Positions 7,823 through 17,040 of a DNA stretch of 28,907 bases are shown here, in pieces. The first letter of the stretch is position 1; every line of letters starts with the position of its first letter. The DNA is taken from positions 1 to 28,907 of the IMG/VR virus record IMGVR_UViG_3300037524_000601; one strand, 5' to 3'. Below the pieces are notes generated by a model that worked only from the letters and a program-made list of their open reading frames with translations, searched no databases and had not been told where the DNA came from. The stretch comes from a virus (Duplodnaviria > Caudoviricetes). The translations under genes were made by a program, and so were the position numbers.

Positions 7823-8047
7823 ATGGGCGTCCTGAAGTACGACGTGCAGATGTCTGAGCGCGTCCTGTTCCGCGTGACCTCCGCCCAGGCCAACAGCCTC
7901 AAGGCTGAAGCCGACATGACCAGCCTCAGCGTCTGCGATGTCGTCCGCGCCGCCGTGGATGGCTACTTCGAAGACCTCGACGGCCTCCGCATCTTCACCC
8001 GCCAGTTGCCCTACATCGTCGTGTCCAGTCCAGCCCGACGCCGCTAA
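7823..8047 (+). CDS. Ribbon-helix-helix-like DNA-binding protein
   Basis: ERVLFRVT (strand), AQANSLKAEA (helix), SLSVCDVVRAAVDGY (helix): CopG/Arc-type pattern. Confidence 0.65.
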   Translation: MGVLKYDVQMSERVLFRVTSAQANSLKAEADMTSLSVCDVVRAAVDGYFEDLDGLRIFTRQLPYIVVSSPARRR

Positions 8048-8060
8048 GTCCTTCCTTCCT

Positions 8061-8100
8061 GTGCGTGTGTACGACGCACGCCCCGCCCCGCCCCTACCCT
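8061..8100 (+). promoter_or_regulatory. Putative late promoter 1 (19-bp box plus -10)
   Basis: GTGCGTGTGTACGACGCAC (8061-8079), 15 nt, TACCCT (8095-8100). ATG at 8107 suggests a leaderless mRNA. Confidence 0.7.
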
Positions 8101-8106
8101 AGACGC

Positions 8107-8328
8107 ATGGCGCACCGTCGCCGGGCTGTCTCCAGTAGTCTGACCTTCGAGGCCGCGCTCGTCCCCGCCGGACGGAAGGCGCTCACCCTCGACGCGGACG
8201 GGGAAGCCACCCTCACGCTGGTGATTCCGGCGACGGACGCGCTTCTCGTCACCACGCGGTTCCTGGATCTCATGGACCGCAGTTTTGTAGTTTCAATTTC
8301 GTTAGAAAACGCCCATGGCACGCGGTGA
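8107..8328 (+). CDS. Hypothetical protein, first gene of the packaging operon
   Basis: ATG at 8107, just after the putative -10; overlaps the terS start. Confidence 0.65.
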   Translation: MAHRRRAVSSSLTFEAALVPAGRKALTLDADGEATLTLVIPATDALLVTTRFLDLMDRSFVVSISLENAHGTR

Positions 8329-8593
8329 CAACTTCAAGGGCAAGCCGGGACCAGGGCGTCCCAAGGGGCTGCCCAACAAGGCGACCCAGGATGCGCGGGA
8401 GTTCGCCCAGAAGTTCATCGATGACCAGGACTACCGCGAGAGCTTGCGCCGCCGCGTCATCAGCGGACGCGCGCCGCACATGGAACAACTCATCTGGACC
8501 TACCGCTACGGCAAGCCGCGCGAGACGCTCGACGTGAATCTCGCCGAACTGGCGCCGCTCCGCATCGTCATCGAGGACGCCTCGGGTGACTGA
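8315..8593 (+). CDS. terS: Terminase small subunit (putative)
   Basis: GKPGPGRPKGLPNK motif, YGKP near the C-terminus, immediately upstream of terL. Confidence 0.75.
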   Translation: MARGDNFKGKPGPGRPKGLPNKATQDAREFAQKFIDDQDYRESLRRRVISGRAPHMEQLIWTYRYGKPRETLDVNLAELAPLRIVIEDASGD

Positions 8594-9869
8594 CGCCACC
8601 CCCGCCCTGTCGCTCCACCCGCTGCAGGGCCTCATCTTCAAAGACCCGCACCGCTTCCGCGTGCTCGTCTCGGGCCGCCGCTTCGGCAAGACCCGCCTCG
8701 CCATCGCCGAGCTGCTCTCCCGCATCCCGACGCGCGGCCTACTCTGGTATGTCGCGCCCACCTGGGACGCCGCGCGTGACATCTGCTGGCGCGAGCTTAA
8801 GCGGTTCACCCCCGGCCAGTGGCTGACTAAGGTCAACGAAACCCGCCTCGAAATGGAGTTCCTGAACGGCTGCCGCATCCAGTTGAAGTCGGCCGAGAAC
8901 GCCGATGCGCTGCGCGGGCGCGGCATCACGCATGTGAACGTGGACGAGTATCAGGACATCGACGCGGGCGTGTGGACCGACGTGCTCGCGCCGTCCCTGC
9001 TCGACACGGGTGCGGGCGCCGGCACGGCCTGCTTCTTCGGCACCCCGAAGTCGTTCAATCAACTCTACGACCTGTATGCGCTGGGCCAGTCCGGGCATCC
9101 CGAGTGGAAGTCCTGGCAGTTCAAAAGCATGGACGCCATCGAGCCGCACGGGCACCTGAAGCTCGCCGACATCGAACTGTTTCGCTCACAGCTCGACGCG
9201 CGTTCGTTCCGGCAGGAGTTCGAGGCCAGTTTTGAAGCCCTGTCGGGCCGCGCCTACTACGCCTTTGCTCGGGCTGAGCATGTCCGCGACGTCGAACTGG
9301 AATCGGCCGTGCCGCTGTGCCTGTCGGTGGACTTCAACATCGACCCGAGCAGCGCCGTGATCTGGCAGCGTGTGGGCGAGGAGTGCCGCGTATGGCGCGA
9401 AGTCCAGACTAGGCATGCGGGCGGCGAGGCCACCCGGGCGACTGCTGAGCGGGCCCGCCAGTTGGTGAGTGACGCAGGCTGGCATGGGCCCCTGCGCCTC
9501 TACGGCGATGCGACAGGACGGGCAGGCAAGACCACGGGGCCCAGCGACCATGCCGTGCTGCGCGAAGTCTTCCCGGGCGCGTCGTGGTACATCGGCGCCA
9601 ACAATCCGCATGTGCGCGATCGCGTGGCCGCCGTCAACGGCCGCTGCAAGAGCATGACGGGCCAGGTGCGGTTCCGCGTGGACCCGGCGTGCGTGAAGCT
9701 CATCGCGGACCTCGAGCAAGTCGTGTTCGCCGAGAATGGCGAGCTGGACAAGAAATCGAATCCCGCGCTCTCGCATTTGTCAGATGCATTAGGGTACGGC
9801 GTGGCGCGTGAATGGCCGCCTTCAAAGCGCCTCGTGGATGGCCGGATGTTTGCCGGCGTGGATGTGTAG
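8586..9869 (+). CDS. terL: Terminase large subunit
   Basis: Walker A GRRFGKT, YVAPT, LRG, Walker B VNVDEY, GTP coupling motif, nuclease SVDFNIDP and HLSDALGY. Confidence 0.97.
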   Translation: MTDATPALSLHPLQGLIFKDPHRFRVLVSGRRFGKTRLAIAELLSRIPTRGLLWYVAPTWDAARDICWRELKRFTPGQWLTKVNETRLEMEFLNGCRIQLKSAENADALRGRGITHVNVDEYQDIDAGVWTDVLAPSLLDTGAGAGTACFFGTPKSFNQLYDLYALGQSGHPEWKSWQFKSMDAIEPHGHLKLADIELFRSQLDARSFRQEFEASFEALSGRAYYAFARAEHVRDVELESAVPLCLSVDFNIDPSSAVIWQRVGEECRVWREVQTRHAGGEATRATAERARQLVSDAGWHGPLRLYGDATGRAGKTTGPSDHAVLREVFPGASWYIGANNPHVRDRVAAVNGRCKSMTGQVRFRVDPACVKLIADLEQVVFAENGELDKKSNPALSHLSDALGYGVAREWPPSKRLVDGRMFAGVDV

Positions 9870-9878
9870 GAGACGATC

Positions 9879-11483
9879 ATGGCCAGCGACACGACGGCGA
9901 CCCTGACCCACCCGATCTACGCCACGCTGCAGCCCACCTGGGAGCTGCTCCAGGCCGCATACCGGGGCGATGGGGGGTTCCTCGATGGGAGCGCCCTGGT
10001 CGCCCACCCCCGCGAGATTATCTACAAGCGGGACGTCAACGGCGTGGTGACGACGGAGGTGCAGGCCTACAAGGACAAGTACCGCCGTAGGCAGTCGCTC
10101 GCGCGCTACGAGAACTTCGCGCGCACGATCGTCGATACGTTCATCGCGCATCTGTTCGCCAAGTCGATCACACGCAACACCGAAAACGTGCCCGGCCTGG
10201 AGGACTGGTGGGAGGACGTGGACGGGGCCGACTCGAACATCGCGGACCACATGCAGCAGCAGCAGGCGCTGGCGATGGTGTATGGCCATGTCGTCGTGCT
10301 GATGGACCGCGAGACGACGGACGGGCCCGCCGTCACCCGCGCCCAGCAGGGCCAGCCGGTGCTGCGCGTCTACTCGCCGCTCGATGTGCTGGACTGGATC
10401 TGGGACCGCGGGCGCTACCGGGCGCTCAAGGTCGTGGAAGCGGTGCCGCGCGACGACCTGGCGGTGGCGGGGGCGAGCGCGGACGCCGACCTGCGCGGCG
10501 GGGGCGATGGCGCGCCGAAGGAACTGACCTACGTGGTCTGGACCGAGACGGACTGGACGCGCTACGACGGCAAGGGGAAGGCGATCGACTCTGGCGCGCA
10601 TGGGTTCGGGCGCGTGCCGGCGGTCATCCACCGCGCCCGGCCGGTGCCCGGGATGCCCTCGATTGGCGCGTCGACGCTGGGTGACCCGAAACTGCACCGG
10701 GACCATTACAACCTCGTGAGCGAACTGCGCGAACTCCTGCGCAGCCAGACCTTCTCGATGCTGAATATCCAACTGGGCCAGGACGAGGCGGTCGAGGAAG
10801 CGCGGGGCCGGCTGGGGGATGCGGCCAGCGTCGAGACGGTGCTCTGGAGCAAGGGCTCAGCCGGGTTCATTGCCCCGCCCGAGGGCCCCGCCGCCGTCTA
10901 TCAGCAGGAGATTGAGGCGCTCGAACGCAAGCTCTACCGCATGGCGGGGCTGCCCTGGGAAGGCGATAGCGCCGCGGCCGAGAGCGCGGACAGCCGCCGG
11001 CTCAAGGCGATGGACCTGAACCGCCTACTGGCCATGTACGCGGACGAGGCCGAGCGCGTGGAGTATCAGATCGCCGCGTTGTGGCACACGGCCACCACGG
11101 GCGAGACGGACCCCGCGCGCGTGGCGCAGGCGCTCGATCAGGTCGTGATCCACTACCCGGATGAGTTTGCCACGATTGATACGGCGCAGGCGGCGGCGGA
11201 TGTGCGGGATGTGGTGACGATGCAGTTGGGCCCCACGGCGACCGCCGAAGCCCGCAAGAGGGCCGTGCCGATTGTGCTGCCCGATCTGGACCAGGCGACA
11301 ACGGACACGGTGGCGTCGGAAATCGACCAGGCGACGGTGGAGTCCGACAAGCTCAACCAGCAGACCAAGCAGGCCGAGTTCCGGGCGCTGGTAAGCGCCG
11401 CCTCACCCGTGAAGCCCGGTCAGCAGATGGCCGATGGCGAGAAGGACGGCGGGCAGATACAGGACGCGGGGGCGAGGGCGTAG
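9879..11483 (+). CDS. Portal protein
   Basis: Follows terL; 534 aa; HP.Y...W....AY.G, Y..R...A.YEN, DVDG, HGFGRVP, AESA motifs of SPP1/DUF4055-type portals. Confidence 0.9.
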   Translation: MASDTTATLTHPIYATLQPTWELLQAAYRGDGGFLDGSALVAHPREIIYKRDVNGVVTTEVQAYKDKYRRRQSLARYENFARTIVDTFIAHLFAKSITRNTENVPGLEDWWEDVDGADSNIADHMQQQQALAMVYGHVVVLMDRETTDGPAVTRAQQGQPVLRVYSPLDVLDWIWDRGRYRALKVVEAVPRDDLAVAGASADADLRGGGDGAPKELTYVVWTETDWTRYDGKGKAIDSGAHGFGRVPAVIHRARPVPGMPSIGASTLGDPKLHRDHYNLVSELRELLRSQTFSMLNIQLGQDEAVEEARGRLGDAASVETVLWSKGSAGFIAPPEGPAAVYQQEIEALERKLYRMAGLPWEGDSAAAESADSRRLKAMDLNRLLAMYADEAERVEYQIAALWHTATTGETDPARVAQALDQVVIHYPDEFATIDTAQAAADVRDVVTMQLGPTATAEARKRAVPIVLPDLDQATTDTVASEIDQATVESDKLNQQTKQAEFRALVSAASPVKPGQQMADGEKDGGQIQDAGARA

Positions 11484-11486
11484 CGG

Positions 11487-12389
11487 ATGCCCATCGACCC
11501 CCGGAAGGCTCGGGCGCAGGGCGCGCAACTGGATGCCGCCATCACCAGCCAGGTGGCGGCGTTCGAGGCTGACCTGTACGACGTGTGGCGCCTGCTGCGC
11601 GAGCGCATCGTGCGGCTCACGAACGAGTTGCTCTCCGAGGGTGGGCGGGTCATCAGCACGCGCGTCAACCTGGGCATCGCCCGTGCCGCGGCGGGGCAGC
11701 TTGAGGCGGTCCTCGCCGAGTCCGGGTATGCCGGGCTGGTCGAGGAGGCGCTGACCGTGATGGGGACGCTCGGCAAGTATCAAGGGCTGGGCCAGACGAC
11801 CGTGGCGCGGGTGGAGCGGGCGGCGGCCTGGTCGGTGGAGAGCCTGGACGCCTTCCGCGAGATGAAGCTCGCCGCGCTGCTGGATGTGCCCGCCGCGGTC
11901 ATCCGGCAGGTCGAGCAGACGCTCCTGCGCGGCGTGGTGGGGGCGCAGAGCCGGGCGGAACTGCTCAACGAACTGCTGAGCCAGTTGGACGTGTCGCTGC
12001 CGCAGGCGCGCACCATCTACGACACGGCGCTCGGCGAGTTCAGCCGGATTGCGGTGACCAGCACCAGCACGGGCGAGGCCACTGAGGCGTTCCTGTACAG
12101 CGGGCCGATCGACGGTCTGACGCGGCCCTTCTGCCTGGAGCGGGTGGGCAAGGTCTATGTCCGCGCCGACATCGAGCAGATGGACAATGGGCAACTCGAC
12201 AACACCCTAATCACGGGCGGGGGCTACAACTGCCGGCACACCTGGCTCCCGGTGCCGCCGGATGACCCGCTGGAGGCCCTCGCGGGCACGGGCCGGTATG
12301 CCGACGAGGCCTATGCGCAGGACGTGCAGGAGGCCGAGGCCGCACGGGCGCGCGTCAAGGCGGCGAAGCGCAAGGCGCGGGGGAACTAG
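11487..12389 (+). CDS. Minor head protein, MuF / SPP1 gp7-like
   Basis: YSGPIDGLTRPFC...GK...GGYNCRHTW; located after the portal. Confidence 0.85.
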   Translation: MPIDPRKARAQGAQLDAAITSQVAAFEADLYDVWRLLRERIVRLTNELLSEGGRVISTRVNLGIARAAAGQLEAVLAESGYAGLVEEALTVMGTLGKYQGLGQTTVARVERAAAWSVESLDAFREMKLAALLDVPAAVIRQVEQTLLRGVVGAQSRAELLNELLSQLDVSLPQARTIYDTALGEFSRIAVTSTSTGEATEAFLYSGPIDGLTRPFCLERVGKVYVRADIEQMDNGQLDNTLITGGGYNCRHTWLPVPPDDPLEALAGTGRYADEAYAQDVQEAEAARARVKAAKRKARGN

Positions 12390-12391
12390 CC

Positions 12392-12847
12392 ATGCACATG
12401 CGGGCGACGATCACCGGGAAGTCGTTGGCGTCGCACCTGGTGGTGCCTGAGCAGGAGTGGCGCAACCTGGGCAACGCCTTGCGCCTCCGCATCATTCAGC
12501 GGACGCGGATGCGCGGCGAGGATGCCGATGGTGCGACGTTCCAGCCCTACAGCGCGGGCTATGCAAAAGCCAAGGGTAAGCGCGGCGGCCTGATAGGCGG
12601 GGGCCGGGTGAACCTGACGGGGGTCTCCGCTGGGGTGAAGATGCTCGACGCCATCACGGTCCTGTCGGCCAGCGCCGTCACGAACCCGCGCGTCGTGGTG
12701 GGGTTCGCCCTCACGGACAAGGACCAGATTGCGCAGTATCACATGGGCGAAGGCCGGGTGGACCGGAAGTTCTTCGCCCTGAGCGATGACGATCTCGACT
12801 TCGGGGTGGCCTACATCCGCAAACGGGTGCAAGCGTCCACGCCGTAA
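12392..12847 (+). CDS. Phage virion morphogenesis (tail completion / Mu gpG-like) protein
   Basis: I..RT..G.DADG..F.PYS..YAK.K...VNLTG...ML...A.YH...R.FFALS. Confidence 0.75.
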   Translation: MHMRATITGKSLASHLVVPEQEWRNLGNALRLRIIQRTRMRGEDADGATFQPYSAGYAKAKGKRGGLIGGGRVNLTGVSAGVKMLDAITVLSASAVTNPRVVVGFALTDKDQIAQYHMGEGRVDRKFFALSDDDLDFGVAYIRKRVQASTP

Positions 12848-12870
12848 CCGGGCACAGGAGGCCCACACCG

Positions 12871-13605
12871 ATGGCAGACAAAACCGAGGAATCGGGCGCG
12901 ACCGGAGCGTCATCCGGGGGGACGGCCACGCCGTTCCGCATCTTCAACACCGAAGACGAGTTCAACGCCCATGCGGCCAAGATCCGGCACGAAGCCGAGC
13001 GCAAGGCCCGCGGGGTCACCTCAGACGAACGGGCCAAGCTCGAAGCGATTGAGGCTGAGTTGGAGTCGCGCAAAGTGGCCGACCTCGAGCGGGAACGGAA
13101 CTACACCGAGGCCATGACCCTGCGCGAGAAGCAGGCGAGCGAGAAGGTCAGCAAGGCGGAAGCCTCGGCCCAGAAGGCCCGGGCCGCCATGCAGGCGCAC
13201 ATCGTGGACAAGGAGCTGCGCGCCCTGGCGCTGGCGCACGGCGCCTACGATCCGGAGGACATCATCGCCCGCCTGGCCCCGCGCGTGGCCCTCGATGATG
13301 ACTACCAGGTGCGTGTGTACGACGCACCCGGAGGCGTGGTGCAAACTGACACCAGCATGGAGCAGGCCGTGATTGAACTGCTGAAGTCGAAACCGCATCT
13401 GGCCAAGGCGGCCGGGAGCGGCACGTCGGCCGGGGCGCGCGGGGGCGCGTCCCTCGGCAGCTCGTTCAGCGGCACGCCCAGCCAGCGCGAGGCGCAGGCG
13501 CGGGTGGAGGCGGCCAAGGCCAAAGTGCAGCAGAACCCGAACGATCACACGGCTGTGGCCGAGTTCATTCGGGCGCAGCAGAGCTTGAAAGCACTGGCGA
13601 CCTAG
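12871..13605 (+). CDS. Capsid scaffolding protein
   Basis: Charged coiled coil, LLKSKPHLAK followed by a Gly-rich GAGARGG-like tract; directly upstream of the capsid gene. Confidence 0.85.
   Translation: MADKTEESGATGASSGGTATPFRIFNTEDEFNAHAAKIRHEAERKARGVTSDERAKLEAIEAELESRKVADLERERNYTEAMTLREKQASEKVSKAEASAQKARAAMQAHIVDKELRALALAHGAYDPEDIIARLAPRVALDDDYQVRVYDAPGGVVQTDTSMEQAVIELLKSKPHLAKAAGSGTSAGARGGASLGSSFSGTPSQREAQARVEAAKAKVQQNPNDHTAVAEFIRAQQSLKALAT
13309..13347 (+). promoter_or_regulatory. Putative late promoter 2, embedded in the scaffold CDS upstream of the capsid gene
   Basis: Exact copy of GTGCGTGTGTACGACGCAC (13309-13327), 14 nt, CAAACT (13342-13347). Confidence 0.6.
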
Positions 13606-13610
13606 CCAGG

Positions 13611-13673
13611 CGCGCACCCGGGCGCGGTATCCCGGTGGTCGGCTAACACTCACGGGCCGATTCAAAACGTGGG
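13611..13673 (+). promoter_or_regulatory. Structured leader of the capsid gene (two candidate H-type pseudoknots)
   Basis: GGTCGGCT/GGCCGATT crossed with CTCACG/CGTGGG; weaker upstream CGCG/CGCG crossed with CCGGG/CCCGG. Confidence 0.45.
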
Positions 13674-13692
13674 CACAGACTGAGAGGCCACT

Positions 13693-14826
13693 ATGGCATT
13701 TACCGGCAAGGCGACCTACGACAACTTCGCCCTCGTGGGCGAGGATGTCAGCGACCTGGTTGTGCTGCTCGGCCCCACAGAGACGCCCTTCCTGAGTGTC
13801 CTGTCGGCCGGCGGACCTGCGACCAGCACCTACCACCAGTGGACCGAGGAACTGCTCGGCCCTGACACCCTGATCGCCTCGACGGCGGTCAACTCGGCGA
13901 CGGCGGCGACGGGCGCGACGGTGAACGGGTTGGGCCATCTGGTCCAGGTCGGGATGCTGCTCAAGCTCGAATCCGGCACGCCGGGGGTGGGCGACGAAAT
14001 CGTGCAGATCACCAGCGTGGTCGGCGCGAACTCCATCCTGTTCGCCCGGAACAAGAACGGGGTCGTGTCCAGCCTGGCGGTCGGCGGCACGCTCAGCATC
14101 CTCGGCGCCGCGGCGCTCGAAGGCGAGGACGTGACGCAGGATGTCACCCGCAAGACGACCCGGGTGACCAACGTCACGCAAATCTTCAAGAAGGACATCA
14201 TCGTCAGCGGGTCGGACCTGTCGATGAGCTACGCGCCGAACCAGGGCGACCAGTACACCCACCAGTCCGGGATGCGGCTGCGGGAGTGTATGCGCGACCT
14301 GGAGAAGACGATCATCAAGGGTGCGGTGGTCAACTCCATCGCCTCCGCGACGGTCACCCGCACGATGGCCGGGCTCGAATCCCGCCTGACGGCGATCAAC
14401 TCGACCATCGTCACGGCCAGCTTCTCGGCCAACCCGGTCCTGTATGTCAACGATCTGTGGCAGCAGGCCTGGAACGCGGGCGCGCGCGACATCGACCTGA
14501 TCCTCGTCGGGGCGACCTGGAAGCGGGCCATCAGCGGCACGAACGCCAGCGTCCTGTCGGTCGATCAGTCGGACGCGAGCGTGAAGCGGTTGGTCGAGAA
14601 CTTCCAGGGCGACTTCGGGCAGGCGCGCGTGATCCTGTCGCCGTGGATGACGGCCTCGGGCGTAATGCTGCTCTCGACCTCGCGCGTCGTGCCGGTCCCG
14701 CTCCAGGGCCGTTCGTTCCAGACCGTTCGCACGGGCCTGACGGGCGACTCGCAGAAGGGCTTCGTCGTGGGCGAGTACACGGTGGAGATCCGGCAGCCGA
14801 GCGCGATGGCCTACGGCCACGTCTAG
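13693..14826 (+). CDS. Major capsid protein, DUF5309/SU10-like HK97 fold, with an insertion domain
   Basis: PTETPF, W.E.LL, NVTQIFKK.I.VSG, RDLE..II.G, RTMAG, GDFG, TGDSQK.FV.GEYTVE. Confidence 0.92.
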   Translation: MAFTGKATYDNFALVGEDVSDLVVLLGPTETPFLSVLSAGGPATSTYHQWTEELLGPDTLIASTAVNSATAATGATVNGLGHLVQVGMLLKLESGTPGVGDEIVQITSVVGANSILFARNKNGVVSSLAVGGTLSILGAAALEGEDVTQDVTRKTTRVTNVTQIFKKDIIVSGSDLSMSYAPNQGDQYTHQSGMRLRECMRDLEKTIIKGAVVNSIASATVTRTMAGLESRLTAINSTIVTASFSANPVLYVNDLWQQAWNAGARDIDLILVGATWKRAISGTNASVLSVDQSDASVKRLVENFQGDFGQARVILSPWMTASGVMLLSTSRVVPVPLQGRSFQTVRTGLTGDSQKGFVVGEYTVEIRQPSAMAYGHV

Positions 14827-14838
14827 TCTGACGGCGGT

Positions 14839-14876
14839 GGGCGGGGCGGGCCTCGGGTTCGCCTCGCCCGCCCTTT
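14839..14876 (+). terminator. GC-rich hairpin after the capsid gene, probable leaky terminator
   Basis: GGGCGGGGCGGGCC-tcg-GGTTCGCCTCGCCC (with G:U pairs), followed by only TTT. Confidence 0.55.
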
Positions 14877-14896
14877 GCTGCTGACGGGGGTCGTCT

Positions 14897-15466
14897 ATGC
14901 CTGACAAGATTCGTACCTTTAAATCGTCCTGGGACGATGCGCTCGGCCCGGCGTTTGCGTTGGGGCAGGGCGCGGCGGCCCCCACCGTGGATACGTTCAT
15001 GGCGCCCACGCGCCTCTGGGGCTTCGCGGAGGGCACCGAGGATAACGTCGATTTCACGTTGCAGTTCCCGCACGACATGGAACTGGACGTCGCCACGATC
15101 ACGCTACATCCGCATGTGCATTGGACAGCCGTGAGCAGCCCGGCGGCGAATGCCCTGCTCTACTGGCAGCTGTGCTACACCCTCGCCAAGCCGTCCCTGA
15201 CCCTGGCGGGCGCCACGACGTTTCCCGCCGTGACCACCCTCACCTCGACGGTGAGCACGCTGACTGGCGGGGAGTATCGCAAGCACCTGATTATCGAACT
15301 GCCGGACATCAATCTGGCGGCGGCCTCCTGTGCGCCGTCGATGGTCATGGTCGGCAACCTGCGGATCGGCGGCGATTCGACGGTTGGCGCCAACGTGCCG
15401 TGCCTTCTGTCGTTCGATGTGCATTACTGGAAGGGTCCAGTCGGCACGGATACGGAATTCGTCTGA
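14897..15466 (+). CDS. Putative virion structural / capsid decoration protein (beta-rich)
   Basis: Follows the capsid gene; F...Q.PHD...PHVHW...FDVHY beta-sandwich pattern. Confidence 0.55.
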   Translation: MPDKIRTFKSSWDDALGPAFALGQGAAAPTVDTFMAPTRLWGFAEGTEDNVDFTLQFPHDMELDVATITLHPHVHWTAVSSPAANALLYWQLCYTLAKPSLTLAGATTFPAVTTLTSTVSTLTGGEYRKHLIIELPDINLAAASCAPSMVMVGNLRIGGDSTVGANVPCLLSFDVHYWKGPVGTDTEFV

Positions 15467-15504
15467 TGCGGCCTACGCGCCGCTGAATCTGGAGTCAACG
15501 GAAC

Positions 15505-15909
15505 ATGGCCAACGCCCTTTATCCGACCTTCAAGGAGGCGCTGCTCAACAAGGAGCACGACCTCAACACCGACGTGATCATGGCCACGCTCATCGATGGC
15601 GCGGACGAGAGTTACGCGGCCACCGACAACACGTACGTGGCCGGCACGAACGGCATCGCCGACGCGGCCAAGGTGGCCGTCACCTCGCTGACCTCGCCGA
15701 CCATCGCGCTCGGCGTGTTTGACACGGCGAACTTCACCTGGACCGCGGTGACCGGCGACGTGTCGGAAGCGATCCTGCTGTGGAACAACACCCACACCAG
15801 CGATGCGGTCATCGCCTGGTACGACACGGGCGTGACCGGCCTGCCCGTGACGCCCAATGGGGGCGACATCAATGTCACCGTGAATGGGTCGGGGTGGTTT
15901 TCACTCTGA
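15505..15909 (+). CDS. Conserved small virion structural protein (fibre/filament subunit-like)
   Basis: MANALYPTFKEALL...DL..D.I...L...FD....W....G...LPVTPNGGDI.V...G.F.L, a pattern I recognise from phage structural clusters. Confidence 0.7.
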   Translation: MANALYPTFKEALLNKEHDLNTDVIMATLIDGADESYAATDNTYVAGTNGIADAAKVAVTSLTSPTIALGVFDTANFTWTAVTGDVSEAILLWNNTHTSDAVIAWYDTGVTGLPVTPNGGDINVTVNGSGWFSL

Positions 15910-15931
15910 AGTCGTTGATAATAAACGACTT
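15909..15931. repeat. AT-rich 23-bp near-perfect palindrome
   Basis: AAGTCGTTGAT-A-ATAAACGACTT: 11-bp arms with one mismatch, intergenic. Confidence 0.85.
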
Positions 15932-15948
15932 ATCCAAATAGTGTAGAC

Positions 15949-16419
15949 ATGAACCCGAACAGCGCGCACCAGCAGTGGTCGGAATGGGTGTTCACGGTGG
16001 AAACGGTCACGTCTGCGGCGGTGACGCTGGCGGACGTGACCGTGCCGCTCGGCCGGTTCTTCACGGCGCTGTTTGGCTCGGCCGGGCGGATGAAGATTGA
16101 CGAGGCGGTGAACGCGGCCCGGCGCCGGACGCTCTGGACCGTCACGGCTCAGGTCGAAGGCGAGTCGGTGTTCGCCCCCGGCTGGCGGGCGCATGTGCTG
16201 CAGGCGTTCACGCTCGCTGCGCAGCGGCGGTTCGGGGACGCGGTGCGGGTGACGATGGATGTGCGGTTGCTGGCCGGGCAGACCGCCGACGCGCGGCCCG
16301 ACACGCAGTGGCTGATCCTGCCCACGATCGAGGATACGTCCGTCGCGTCGTGGCGTGGTCCGGTGCCGACGCAGGCGCTCGGGCTGCCCACCGTGCCGGC
16401 GGCAACGCGAATGTGGTAG
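15949..16419 (+). CDS. Hypothetical protein with C-terminal stalk-like repeats
   Basis: GC3-rich ORF; C-terminal LILPTI and QALGLPTV resemble QALSPPTI and DLSLPTI in 21057-23723. Confidence 0.65.
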   Translation: MNPNSAHQQWSEWVFTVETVTSAAVTLADVTVPLGRFFTALFGSAGRMKIDEAVNAARRRTLWTVTAQVEGESVFAPGWRAHVLQAFTLAAQRRFGDAVRVTMDVRLLAGQTADARPDTQWLILPTIEDTSVASWRGPVPTQALGLPTVPAATRMW

Positions 16420-16425
16420 CTCCTT

Positions 16426-17040
16426 ATGGCGCAACTGGCCGTGCCGAACTCGATCGTGAGCGCGACCTGGGTCGGCACGGTGGCCGGGCTCACGGACGCC
16501 AGCGATAGTACCTACCTTGAATCCCCGGCTGACCCCACGGCGGCCAGCACGTTCCTCTGCTCCCTGAGTTCGATCGCGGACCCCCTCATCCATACCGCCC
16601 ACCAGCTGCGCGTGCGAACGGCGCTGTACCCGAGCACGGGCGCGGCGCTCAGCCTGGCGCTGTCGCTGGAGAACGCGGACGATAGCAGTGTCGTGGCGAG
16701 CTGGACGGTCGTGGCACCCGTGGCGGTGGCCGAGTCGGTGCTAAGCATCTCCGAGGCGCAAGCGGCGCTGATTCATAGTTACAGCGGCCTGCGCGTGCGC
16801 GGGTATGCCGAGGCGGCATCGTACACCTACTTCGTCTGGTCAGCGGTGGGCGGCGCGACGAGCTACGTGCTGCAGATACGCCCGTCCACCTCGGCCACTT
16901 ACGACACGTACAACGCCGATGTGGGCAACGTCCTCACGTATGGCGTGGCGCTCGCGTCGGCGACGTACTACAGTCGCGTGGTGCCGTATGTAGGTGGAAC
17001 GGCGCTCACGCCCACGGCGGAACAGGCGGTGACGGTATGA
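16426..17040 (+). CDS. Two-domain adaptor-like protein: beta-sandwich lacking its last strand plus FN3-like domain lacking its first strand
   Basis: Residues 1-130 align with pieces of 18812, 19702 and 21057; residues 131-204 read YFVWSAVGGATSYVLQ...TYYSRVVPY (FN3 W / Y / YY-x-RV pattern). Confidence 0.65.
   Translation: MAQLAVPNSIVSATWVGTVAGLTDASDSTYLESPADPTAASTFLCSLSSIADPLIHTAHQLRVRTALYPSTGAALSLALSLENADDSSVVASWTVVAPVAVAESVLSISEAQAALIHSYSGLRVRGYAEAASYTYFVWSAVGGATSYVLQIRPSTSATYDTYNADVGNVLTYGVALASATYYSRVVPYVGGTALTPTAEQAVTV

Noticed and set aside
13021-15102. 693-aa minus-strand ORF
   Set aside because: Antisense shadow of the scaffold and capsid genes caused by high GC3; Arg/Gly-rich with no motifs.
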